From assembly GCA_965230955.1 (NCBI GenBank), contig OZ246404.1, forward strand, positions 782,321-846,320: a DNA stretch of 64,000 bases. The letters are read 5' to 3'. Shown here in pieces: positions 49,434-57,768 of the stretch. Each line of letters starts with the position of its first letter. The first letter of the stretch is position 1. Below the pieces are notes generated by a model. It searched no databases. It was given only the letters and a program-made list of their open reading frames with translations, and was not told the origin of the DNA. The DNA is from an uncultured Candidatus Saccharibacteria bacterium. Lineage in GTDB: Bacteria > Patescibacteriota > CALEFQ01. The position numbers and the translations under genes are program-made.

Positions 49434-50462
49434 TCAAATAACCCGTTCCCGATTCGCCGGGAAAGTGACGGCTTGTGTGATATTAGGTTGTCCCAAGAGC
49501 CACTGCATGATCCGCGCCAAGCCGAAGCCGCAGCCGGCGTGCGGCACGCTACCCTTTTGTTTGGTGTGCACCAGATACCAGTTAAAATCATCCAGCGATC
49601 CGCCTTTTTGTTTCAGGCGTTTAAACATCCGGGATTTTTTCAGACGCGATTCCAATTCCCGCGGATTATGCACCCGCGCCGCCGCCCCGACCGCTTCCCC
49701 GCCGTAAGGCAAGATGAGGTCGGCACTCAGCACCCGCCCCGGATTGGCGCGATCGGGAATCATGTTGAAAAATTTTTCCACTTCGATTTTTCCGTGCCGG
49801 CGCCATTGCGGATCGGGAAAGCGCACCAGAAAAATCGGCTGATTGCCATACGCCACCAGCAATTTTCGCTCCCGCGCCGAAGAAATATCGTCGCCCCATT
49901 CGATCTCCTCGCCCAGAGTTTGCAGCTTCTTGATCGCTTGATCGTAAGTCAATTTGGGAAACTTCAGCGGACAAAGCGATAACTCATTTATCCGGTGCTC
50001 TAATCCCAAGGCTCGCAGATCGGCCGCCGGCAAACTGAGCAATCCCCGCACGATCGCGTTAAGAAAGCCTTCGATGTAAGACAGCAGTTCATCGAAACCG
50101 CCGGCGAACTCAATTTCCACCAAGGTAAACTCGGTCAAATGCCGCTGATCCACCCGCGGCTCGGCTCGGAAACTCGGCCCAACACAATAAACTTTGCGCA
50201 GTTTCGGGACATACGCTTCCAGATAGAGCTGGCCGGTCTGCGCCAGGTAAACTTGTTTCGGTTTGCCCGCCGGCGTGAACCAGCGGGGATGGCGAGCGAC
50301 TGTCACCTGAAACAGAGTGTCGATGTTTTCGCAGGCGCCGCTGGCCCGAACGATCCGCGGCGGTAGCATCTCGTAGAAACCCTGGTCGTCGAGATATCGA
50401 CGACCGAACTTGAGCGCGTAGTGCTCGACTAGCGCGACTTGTTGGTCAATCATTTTTTTCAC
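49434..50462 (-). CDS. class II aminoacyl-tRNA-synthetase catalytic-core paralog (AsnRS/AspRS-like) lacking the anticodon-binding domain; an AsnA-type aspartate-ammonia ligase or similar
   Basis: Class II motif 2 GPSFRAE and motif 3 HAGCGFGLARIMQWLLG. Only about 340 aa, with no N-terminal OB fold. Confidence 0.6.
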   Translation of the reverse strand: MKKMIDQQVALVEHYALKFGRRYLDDQGFYEMLPPRIVRASGACENIDTLFQVTVARHPRWFTPAGKPKQVYLAQTGQLYLEAYVPKLRKVYCVGPSFRAEPRVDQRHLTEFTLVEIEFAGGFDELLSYIEGFLNAIVRGLLSLPAADLRALGLEHRINELSLCPLKFPKLTYDQAIKKLQTLGEEIEWGDDISSARERKLLVAYGNQPIFLVRFPDPQWRRHGKIEVEKFFNMIPDRANPGRVLSADLILPYGGEAVGAAARVHNPRELESRLKKSRMFKRLKQKGGSLDDFNWYLVHTKQKGSVPHAGCGFGLARIMQWLLGQPNITQAVTFPANRERVI

Positions 50463-50790
50463 TTATTAATGGATAAAAAAATTCCCCCGAGCTCGGGGGA
50501 AGAAATGGATTGAAATTGGACGTCGGCGTTTTCTCAGCGCCGGGAGCGATGAGAAAAAAAATAGTCCCCGGTGGGGACATTTTGCCTGAGGAAACCGCGA
50601 TAGTTTTTGTATCTGGAGGTGTGTCATTTAATAATTTTACATTTTCACTATCATATACCCTCCGGCCGAAAAGGGACAATAATACTTATGTGGATAACTA
50701 TTTTTATCAAAACAGGCGCGGCCAGCCAAATAGACTGGCAGCCGCGCCGGTAATAGATTTTGGTGACAAGGCATGGGCGGGAAAATGCTT

Positions 50791-51585
50791 TTAGCGCAAA
50801 GTGCCGCCGAAAACCTGCCAGGCCAGCAATGATTTGGCCACCAAACTCAGAATGATGTAGACATATTCGCCGTAGACGTAACTGCGCCACTTCCCCACTT
50901 TCTTGTATTGCAGAACAATATTGAAGGCGAAAATGGCAAACGAGATGAAAATGGTGACAAAGATCCAATAGACAAAATCGGGAATTTTGGAACCTTCTTG
51001 GCTGCCGGTACCGATCAAGTAAATCATCAAGATAATCCAGGGAATAATCCCGGCGATACAGCCGAACCAGTACGGCATCCAGTCGACGGACTTTTCCGGT
51101 TGGCGATTCATCTTTTCCATGAGCCAGCCAAAAAGGATCATCATGGCATTGAGCGAGAACATCAGGATCAGCGTGGCGAAATCATAAATGCCGGCCAGCA
51201 TGGCAATGGCCACGATCATAATCGAAGAGCTGAAGGAATACTCGATCCAACGCGCCGGGTTGATGCCGTTAGAAATATTTTTGACGTACCAGCGGTTAAT
51301 ACCCGGTAGAACCACCATCAGGTGAGCAAAAGCCGATATAAAAAGGAAAGAGGCCACGAGAGGACCAAACGGGATCTCGAAAACCGTCTCGATATTCGGC
51401 CAGATTTTCTGCATCATCGGATTGAATTTCAGAAAAGAGGTGGTCACCGGCAGAGAAAAATCGTTGCTCAAATAGAGCATCAGTCCGCCTTGGATGGCGT
51501 GTAAAACCGCCATCACGGCGTTAAAAATCCGCAGTTTTCGAAAACCGGCGGCATCGGCCTGGATGACAGGTTTGGGCTCTTTCAT
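50791..51585 (-). CDS. heliorhodopsin (7-TM retinal protein, HeR family)
   Basis: Strong similarity by recall to heliorhodopsin 48C12: RWIEYSFSSSIMIVAIAMLAGI, MILFGWLMEK, PYWFGCIAGIIPWIILMIYLIGTGS, and YIILSLVAKSLLAWQVFGGTL, with the Schiff-base Lys in TM7. The length is 264 aa. Confidence 0.85.
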   Translation of the reverse strand: MKEPKPVIQADAAGFRKLRIFNAVMAVLHAIQGGLMLYLSNDFSLPVTTSFLKFNPMMQKIWPNIETVFEIPFGPLVASFLFISAFAHLMVVLPGINRWYVKNISNGINPARWIEYSFSSSIMIVAIAMLAGIYDFATLILMFSLNAMMILFGWLMEKMNRQPEKSVDWMPYWFGCIAGIIPWIILMIYLIGTGSQEGSKIPDFVYWIFVTIFISFAIFAFNIVLQYKKVGKWRSYVYGEYVYIILSLVAKSLLAWQVFGGTLR

Positions 51586-51812
51586 AGGTTTTATGTTAGT
51601 TAGATTTATTGAAATGATACCAGGTTTTTTCTAAAACCTGGCTACTGCAGTCGAGCCGATAATTATTTTTTAGCCTAGGAATCCACTTCGGGAACGGCTC
51701 AAAAATAATTATCGGCTTGGCTTAAATAAGCAGTGTGGAAGAACAACTTAGTATGAGTTCATTACTACTGCAAGTGTATCACATTTCGCCGGGAAAATCA
51801 GCCTCGGCGCTT

Positions 51813-52511
51813 CTAAAGGTAATACCCGCCGCTATTCTTTTTCAGCCATTTCCGGCGCGACAAATAATCAGGATCCAGCCGCGCGACTTCTTGCCAAAAG
51901 GTGCGAGAATGATTGGGGTGGCGCAAATGGGCCAATTCGTGATTGATCACATAATCAATCAGCGCCGGAGGCAACATGACCAAACGCCAGGTGAAATTGA
52001 GATTCCCGGAACTGCTACACGATCCCCAGCGCGTCCCGGCACTCGTCAGCCGCCAGGAACGATAGCGATAAGCGTAGAGCGCGGCCAATTGATCGAGCCG
52101 GGCGCCGATAATTCTCCGCGCTTCTTTTTTGTACCACGCGATAATTTTTTTCTTCGTCAATCGCGGTCCGCCCTCGGGCAAAAGCAATTCTTTCTTCAAT
52201 GGATTACATTGGGCCGACCGGCCGGTAGCGCCGAAGAATAGTTTGTATTTCTCTCCCAAATACCAAAATTCTTCGCCCGCGACATAGCGATGAACGGGAG
52301 CGAGCGGCCGTGATTTCAAAACCGTCAAACGTTTCTCGATCCAATCGAAGTGCCGCCGGGTGAATCGCTCAATCTCCCCCATTGAAACCCACCAGGGCGC
52401 GCGAATCGTCAGCGTGGCGTCTGGAGCGATCGTCAGCGCCAGCGAGCGCCGGCGGGAACGTTTGAGGCAAAAACGAGCCGGAAACGAATTGATTGTTTCT
52501 TGTTCTGTCAT
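51813..52511 (-). CDS. DUF45/YgjP-family (WLM-like) zinc metallopeptidase
   Basis: HELAHLRHPNHSRTFW zincin motif, and a YgjP-like N-terminal region. Confidence 0.7.
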   Translation of the reverse strand: MTEQETINSFPARFCLKRSRRRSLALTIAPDATLTIRAPWWVSMGEIERFTRRHFDWIEKRLTVLKSRPLAPVHRYVAGEEFWYLGEKYKLFFGATGRSAQCNPLKKELLLPEGGPRLTKKKIIAWYKKEARRIIGARLDQLAALYAYRYRSWRLTSAGTRWGSCSSSGNLNFTWRLVMLPPALIDYVINHELAHLRHPNHSRTFWQEVARLDPDYLSRRKWLKKNSGGYYL

Positions 52512-52593
52512 AAAAAAACGGATGCGGCGACATTAAATCATGCGTTGCCGTTACTATCCTACCAAATAGCCAACACCTGGACAAATGGCAAAA

Positions 52594-52614
52594 GACGTGA
52601 TAAGCTATCACGTC
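52594..52614. promoter_or_regulatory. perfect 9-bp inverted repeat gacgtgata-agc-tatcacgtc in the divergent intergenic region; a candidate operator
   Basis: Located between the DUF45 peptidase start and the 52711 operon start. Confidence 0.3.
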
Positions 52615-52710
52615 TCGAACTACTGCTTGTTTGCCGGGCACAAAAGAAGATACCTTTTTGGTTTTAGATAAATTTGTTATTTTCAACATTCCACACAAAA
52701 GGAGGATATT

Positions 52711-53475
52711 ATGTGGTGGAAAAAAACGTTCATGGTTATAGCAATCGTAATTCTGGTAGCGCTGATGTCTTTACCGCTCGGCTTTTTTGGAGCTTGGAGT
52801 TATTTCAGCAATCAGCTGGGATACTTGCATCTCAATCAATACTGGGCATCTCTGATCTCTCTGGTTTTTGCTCTGATTCTTGTATTCGGCGCAAAAACTT
52901 ATTTGTCTTTCCGCGCTAACAGAAGGACCATCGGTAAAATCACAATTATCGGAACAATAATTCTCTGGCTGATCATCAATGGACTGGCCTGGCAGACGGT
53001 CAACTTTTCTGCCGATGGCCAACCAGTCAAATGGTACGCCAAAAACCCCGACGGAATCAGAGTATTTGACTCACCGGGATTCGACCCGATCTGGAATACC
53101 CCGCTCAAGCCAATTACTCCAGATATTCTGATGCAAATCAAACGACAGTATGCCGATACTCCCCTGTTTCGAATCGACCCGCGGAACACATCAAAATTTT
53201 TCGATCCGCAAACAGGCGCTCCGCTGACTTATTACCAACGAAAGCCAAACGGTTGTCTGGCCATTTTCAATCAACCGGGCTATGACCCGGAAACAGGCAC
53301 CGCTCTGCTTCCCTGCACTCCGGAAATCATCAGAGAGATTTACGCCCAGATTGAAAATCCCGTCTGCCAATCAGAACTGAACAATCTCTTCCTACTCGGT
53401 CAGACACCTCTCAACTTTCAAGAATTCGAAGATTATGTGCGCCACACGGAGAAACTCCGTCCCAAGGAGAAATAG
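52711..53475 (+). CDS. integral membrane protein (3 TM) with an extracytoplasmic domain (hypothetical)
   Basis: AAAAGGAGGATATT-ATG ribosome-binding site. The first gene of a two-gene plus-strand operon. Confidence 0.45.
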   Translation: MWWKKTFMVIAIVILVALMSLPLGFFGAWSYFSNQLGYLHLNQYWASLISLVFALILVFGAKTYLSFRANRRTIGKITIIGTIILWLIINGLAWQTVNFSADGQPVKWYAKNPDGIRVFDSPGFDPIWNTPLKPITPDILMQIKRQYADTPLFRIDPRNTSKFFDPQTGAPLTYYQRKPNGCLAIFNQPGYDPETGTALLPCTPEIIREIYAQIENPVCQSELNNLFLLGQTPLNFQEFEDYVRHTEKLRPKEK

Positions 53476-53477
53476 CC

Positions 53478-54356
53478 ATGTCAAACAGACACTTCGATTT
53501 ACAAGAAAGAGAAAATAGCTTGAGCAGGGAAAAAGAACGAGTTGCAGCACGCAGGAAAAAAGCGGAATTGATACTCCAGGTCGGAGTTTGGTGCATCATT
53601 GGATCCATAATCCTCATAGTAGCGGCACTCTGGTGGGGATATTCCTGGCACTGCCGGAAAATGGCGATCGCCGATTATCGTTATCAGGTTCTGGCCACTT
53701 CAGTCGATTCCGCTAACACCGATAAAGACCAGGACAACGCACTCCTGAAAGTATCATGCCTGGCCGTCTCTCTTTCGAAAACATCCCAGACCGAAGATCT
53801 ATGGGACAAGCTGGACAGATTGAAAGAACTCCAGGAGAAAGTCTCTGTTCAACACAGCACAAACCTGGAATCGCTTCAGCGATTTATACAGCGAGAAGCC
53901 GTTACCGTAAAAAAGTGCCGTGAAGAAAAGGCCAATTGCGGAATCAAGGAATATGACGAGAGAAGGATCATGGCCTGTCAGCCGCTCTCACTCTCCCTCC
54001 AGGAATTGAACAAAATCACCCGCTACAAAAAACAACTTGATCTCAACCGGCGAAGCATGGATGACATGCTTGAGAAAATCGGATTTCTACAGCGCTCGAT
54101 CGGCAATGACATTGATTTTATCAATGCCACCGGCAATTCCTGCGCTGAAGATACCGTGCAGGCAGTGGATCAATTCCTAAAAGATTTTAATCTGCCGCCG
54201 GCTGAAATGTCAAAAATCAATCTGGACAATTTGCCGCCGCTGAATCTGCGTGATGTTTGGAATCTGATAAATGATGACACTGTTTCCCCTAACACACCAT
54301 CGGTTACTCCCACTAACACCGAAAAGAAAGAATCCACTCGCAGGTTCTTCGAATGA
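53478..54356 (+). CDS. membrane-anchored coiled-coil-rich hypothetical protein
   Basis: Its start sits 3 nt after the upstream stop. A single TM helix after a basic N-terminus. Confidence 0.45.
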   Translation: MSNRHFDLQERENSLSREKERVAARRKKAELILQVGVWCIIGSIILIVAALWWGYSWHCRKMAIADYRYQVLATSVDSANTDKDQDNALLKVSCLAVSLSKTSQTEDLWDKLDRLKELQEKVSVQHSTNLESLQRFIQREAVTVKKCREEKANCGIKEYDERRIMACQPLSLSLQELNKITRYKKQLDLNRRSMDDMLEKIGFLQRSIGNDIDFINATGNSCAEDTVQAVDQFLKDFNLPPAEMSKINLDNLPPLNLRDVWNLINDDTVSPNTPSVTPTNTEKKESTRRFFE

Positions 54357-54445
54357 ACCTACCGTTATAAACAGGCCGATCACTTCCAGTGATTCGGCCT
54401 GATTTTTTTTATGAAATTGCTGGAAATAATAATTTCCCTACAAAA

Positions 54446-54760
54446 TTATCGCACCATTTGGAAGATGAACCCGATAACCACCCCGCCGGCCACCCCGGTC
54501 AGGATAATCGGGAGATAAGCGCGCGTGATGATGGCCGAAGGGACACTCAAGCCCGCACCGAGAATCAGTCCGATCAAAGCCGGGTGCAGTCCGAGATCAA
54601 CATTGGGAATCAGAAAACCAAGCATAAATCGCTCGATACCCGCCGCGGCCATCGCTTCCGCACGTTTACGATTATTTTCATACTTGAGCGGGATCATGAT
54701 CAGGACATCAATGATACCAAAGACAAGACCGAAAATCAGACCGAGAAAAAGATTATTCAT
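54446..54760 (-). CDS. small 3-TM membrane protein (hypothetical)
   Basis: ORF track. Hydrophobic profile. Confidence 0.4.
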   Translation of the reverse strand: MNNLFLGLIFGLVFGIIDVLIMIPLKYENNRKRAEAMAAAGIERFMLGFLIPNVDLGLHPALIGLILGAGLSVPSAIITRAYLPIILTGVAGGVVIGFIFQMVR

Positions 54761-54793
54761 AGAATTATTTTACCAAACGATTATTCTGAAAAA

Positions 54794-55285
54794 TCAAATA
54801 CCCAATGAAACTTCATGCAAAATAACATCGGCATCGCCGGAAATCTGGCAGTCGATACGGTCGAGCTCCGCCCGGCGCTCAAATAATCGTCCGCCGCCGG
54901 TACATTTCAAATTACCGTCATTGCCCGCGGTAAAAGTAAAAGTCGAATCACTGCGTTTAAGGCGGCCGGTCACGGTATAGCCGCAATCCCCCGCCTGCTC
55001 GATGCACATATCGGTCTTGGCCACGCAGGATCCGGTAGTCGTCAAAGTCACCGTATCGTTTTCCGCTACCGCCAAAACCGATCGATCTTCGGTATCACAA
55101 GTGGAATCAGCACTGACGTACTGGGTGCGCATCTGTTTTCCACTATAATTCATCGGCAAATAATCAAAATTGAGCGGTTTGTCGTTATCATTGATAAATT
55201 CTTCGTCTGCGCCGCAGCCGCTGAGCACAATCATGACCGCGGTCAAAACTAACACCGGCAAAAGTTTGATAAATTTTTGATTCAT
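54794..55285 (-). CDS. Cys-rich lipoprotein (hypothetical)
   Basis: Lipobox LSGC and eight additional Cys residues. Confidence 0.45.
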   Translation of the reverse strand: MNQKFIKLLPVLVLTAVMIVLSGCGADEEFINDNDKPLNFDYLPMNYSGKQMRTQYVSADSTCDTEDRSVLAVAENDTVTLTTTGSCVAKTDMCIEQAGDCGYTVTGRLKRSDSTFTFTAGNDGNLKCTGGGRLFERRAELDRIDCQISGDADVILHEVSLGI

Positions 55286-55321
55286 CGGGTTGGGATTAAT
55301 TATTTTTTATAATTTGTGCAT

Positions 55322-55409
55322 ATTGTGGGGGCGACCCCATGTGGTCGCCCGCCCCAATATCGCCGTTTGGGCATTTTATGGCAGGGCGGCCGCCGGCCGC
55401 CCCTACTGC
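55322..55409. repeat. ~85-bp GC-rich composite repeat, left copy (hairpins ggggcgacc..ggtcgccc and gggcggccgccggccgccc)
   Basis: attgtgggggcgaccccatgtggtcgcccgccccaatatcgccgtttgggcattttatggcagggcggccgccggccgcccctactgc. It matches 56156-56254 at about 75%. Confidence 0.5.
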
Positions 55410-55412
55410 ATT

Positions 55413-56141
55413 TTATATTTTCCTCGCCTGATTGACATACCCGCAATATTCGCAATCCGGCGCCGCCGCGGGGATCGTCTCGCCCGTCAGGCAATCATGG
55501 ATTTTTTCCACTGTCGGCTCGACCCAGTCATCTTTCCCGGTATAGGGAATGATAGTCACGTCGAATTCCAGTTTGCCGTCAAACGCCTTGCGATCCGTCT
55601 TCCCGTTGCAATAGACGAAATACCCGGTGCTCGAAACTTTGTGGCCATTCTTGCGCAGTAGCCACTGGTAAATTTCCATCTGGCGTTTGTAGCCCTCGTG
55701 CCATTCTTTGTCCAGCTTGGTCACCTCTTCCGCCTTGGCGGTGGCTTTGTAATCCACCACAATATATTCGCCCGCTTTATTTTGCCACAGGTCATCGATC
55801 GCGCCGTAAAGCAGTAAATTGGTCGGCTCGTGTAAATATCTGATCCCGGTGAAATTATGGCGCCATTCGGATAGTTTTTCATGATCGATCGGCACGGCAT
55901 CAATCCCGTATTTGGCCATTAGCGGGTGCGTTGTCCCCGCCGCGCGGTGGATATCGAATTCCTTTTTGAGCAAGGTGTCGACAGCCACATTGAGGGTGAA
56001 AGGATATCCCGGCGGGCGTTTGATCCCCAGCCGTTTATCCAAATAAAAACAGCGCGGGCAATTGATGAATAAATCTATCCCCGTCCGGCTGAGTTTGAAT
56101 TGATCTTTGGAGGTGGGATTGAATAATTTACTGGCGTGCAT
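55413..56141 (-). CDS. PD-(D/E)XK nuclease, Cas4/RecB-nuclease-like (DUF83-type) with a four-Cys cluster
   Basis: AIDDLW...GEYIVVDYKAT (D...E.K core). N-terminal CPRC and C-terminal CEYCG cysteines, as in Cas4/AddB Fe-S nucleases. Confidence 0.6.
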   Translation of the reverse strand: MHASKLFNPTSKDQFKLSRTGIDLFINCPRCFYLDKRLGIKRPPGYPFTLNVAVDTLLKKEFDIHRAAGTTHPLMAKYGIDAVPIDHEKLSEWRHNFTGIRYLHEPTNLLLYGAIDDLWQNKAGEYIVVDYKATAKAEEVTKLDKEWHEGYKRQMEIYQWLLRKNGHKVSSTGYFVYCNGKTDRKAFDGKLEFDVTIIPYTGKDDWVEPTVEKIHDCLTGETIPAAAPDCEYCGYVNQARKI

Positions 56142-56155
56142 GGAGGTTATTTTTA

Positions 56156-56254
56156 ATTGTGTAGGGGCGCCCGGCCGGGCGCCCGGAAATATCCGCCGCG
56201 GTGCGCCATAGCAGGGCGGCCGCCGGCCGCCCCTACCATAAAATGCCCAAAAGG
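56156..56254. repeat. ~85-bp GC-rich composite repeat, right copy, plus an inverted 'ccataaaatgccc' tail
   Basis: attgtgtaggggcgcccggccgggcgcccggaaatatccgccgcggtgcgccatagcagggcggccgccggccgcccctaccataaaatgcccaaaagg. Confidence 0.5.
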
Positions 56255-56285
56255 TGATATTCGTTGGGGCACCCCAACAATATAT

Positions 56286-57338
56286 TTACCAATCCGGCCA
56301 TTCGTTGCCGTCGATTGATTTGGTGATATTAGTCAAATTACTGCCATCAACGTTCATGGTGTAGAGATTGGTCCCGATATTATTCCAATCCGGGCCCACC
56401 CCGTAAAAAACCAGTTTGGTGCCGTCGGGCGACACGCGGGGGCGGTGATCGGGAGTCGTATTGACGCTGCTAAGGTGCGAAACCAAAGTCGGGCCGAAAT
56501 CAGATTGCCCCGCGGCCCATTTCTCGTAATCCAGTTTCCAGATTTCTAATTGACTCGTCCGATTGGAAATAAAATACATGGTTTTGCCGTCGGGCGACCA
56601 GCCAGGTTCGTGATCGCTCAAATCTTTGTCAGCAGAAGACAGAATTTCTTTCTCGTCGGTCCCGTCGGATTTGATGGTGTGCAGGCGGAAATCGATATCG
56701 GAGCCGGCTTTATTATAAGAAAAAGCGATCGTGTCATTGTCTACCGGGGACCAGCTTGGCCAGAGCACGGTATTTTCGCCGTCGACAAAAGTTAGCTGTT
56801 TGTTGTTTTGGCCGTGGTCATCCATGACAAATAGATTGGGAATGCCATTGTGTCCGCCGCGATAAGAAATGTAGGCGATCTTTTTGCCGTCCGGCGACCA
56901 GGTGGGAAATTTATCATCCCCCTCGCCAAAAGTGAGTTGCCGGCTTTCACTACCGTCCGCCGTCATTATGAAAATCTTGTCGGTATTGCCTTCGTCCACG
57001 TGCCGCGAGTACGCGATGCGCGAGTAGTCCGGCGACCAGACGGGGTGACTGATGAATTTACCGAAATCGGTCAGTTTCGTTCTGTCGGTGCCGTCGGGAT
57101 TGATGGTATACAAATCATGATCGGCACTGCTCGCCTTCCCGTCAGTGGCGGAGAAAAGGATCTTGCCTTTGTTTTCCGGATTCCCCCCGGCGGGAGAATT
57201 GTAGAGAAGTTTGTATTGGGCGTCGTCGGTTTTGGCGGTATCCGTCGTGTCTTTGTCAGTGGAGACGGGAGTGGTACAGCCGGCGAGAAAAATTAAAGAG
57301 GCGGCGAGAAATAAAAATGGGAGGTGGTGAGATTTCAT
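56286..57338 (-). CDS. TolB-like PD40 beta-propeller lipoprotein
   Basis: Lipobox LAGC and repeated WSPDG / PTWSPDGKKIAY PD40 motifs. Confidence 0.7.
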   Translation of the reverse strand: MKSHHLPFLFLAASLIFLAGCTTPVSTDKDTTDTAKTDDAQYKLLYNSPAGGNPENKGKILFSATDGKASSADHDLYTINPDGTDRTKLTDFGKFISHPVWSPDYSRIAYSRHVDEGNTDKIFIMTADGSESRQLTFGEGDDKFPTWSPDGKKIAYISYRGGHNGIPNLFVMDDHGQNNKQLTFVDGENTVLWPSWSPVDNDTIAFSYNKAGSDIDFRLHTIKSDGTDEKEILSSADKDLSDHEPGWSPDGKTMYFISNRTSQLEIWKLDYEKWAAGQSDFGPTLVSHLSSVNTTPDHRPRVSPDGTKLVFYGVGPDWNNIGTNLYTMNVDGSNLTNITKSIDGNEWPDW

Positions 57339-57768
57339 GGGGGTTGAGTTACTAAATATTCCGGAAGGAATCTATAAGAAAGTAGACTTAAATGCATTAT
57401 AACATGATGGTGGGAAATAGGGAGATTGTATTTTAGACCTTTTTCCGCAAACAACCATTCAGCTCGAACCCGGAATTTGCTGAAGAATATAACAGAAAAA
57501 GCGGTATCGACCGCTTTTTGTCCAAGCTGGCTCAACAAGATGGACATCATCCGAACCTTTTTCCATCGTCACGAGGACGATTGGGTCGTTGTGACGTTTA
57601 TCAAGATCCCCCTGGGACTTTTGCGACTGCCCGACAGAGGGGTAAACCTATGTGAGTATTACCCTGTTTTCTGTTTCTGATTCCAGCGTAGCAAGTTACC
57701 AAATCCTAGCAATGTATTTTTTGTCCAGATGGGCAATAAATATTGCTTATAGTTTCCGCCTATCAAAA

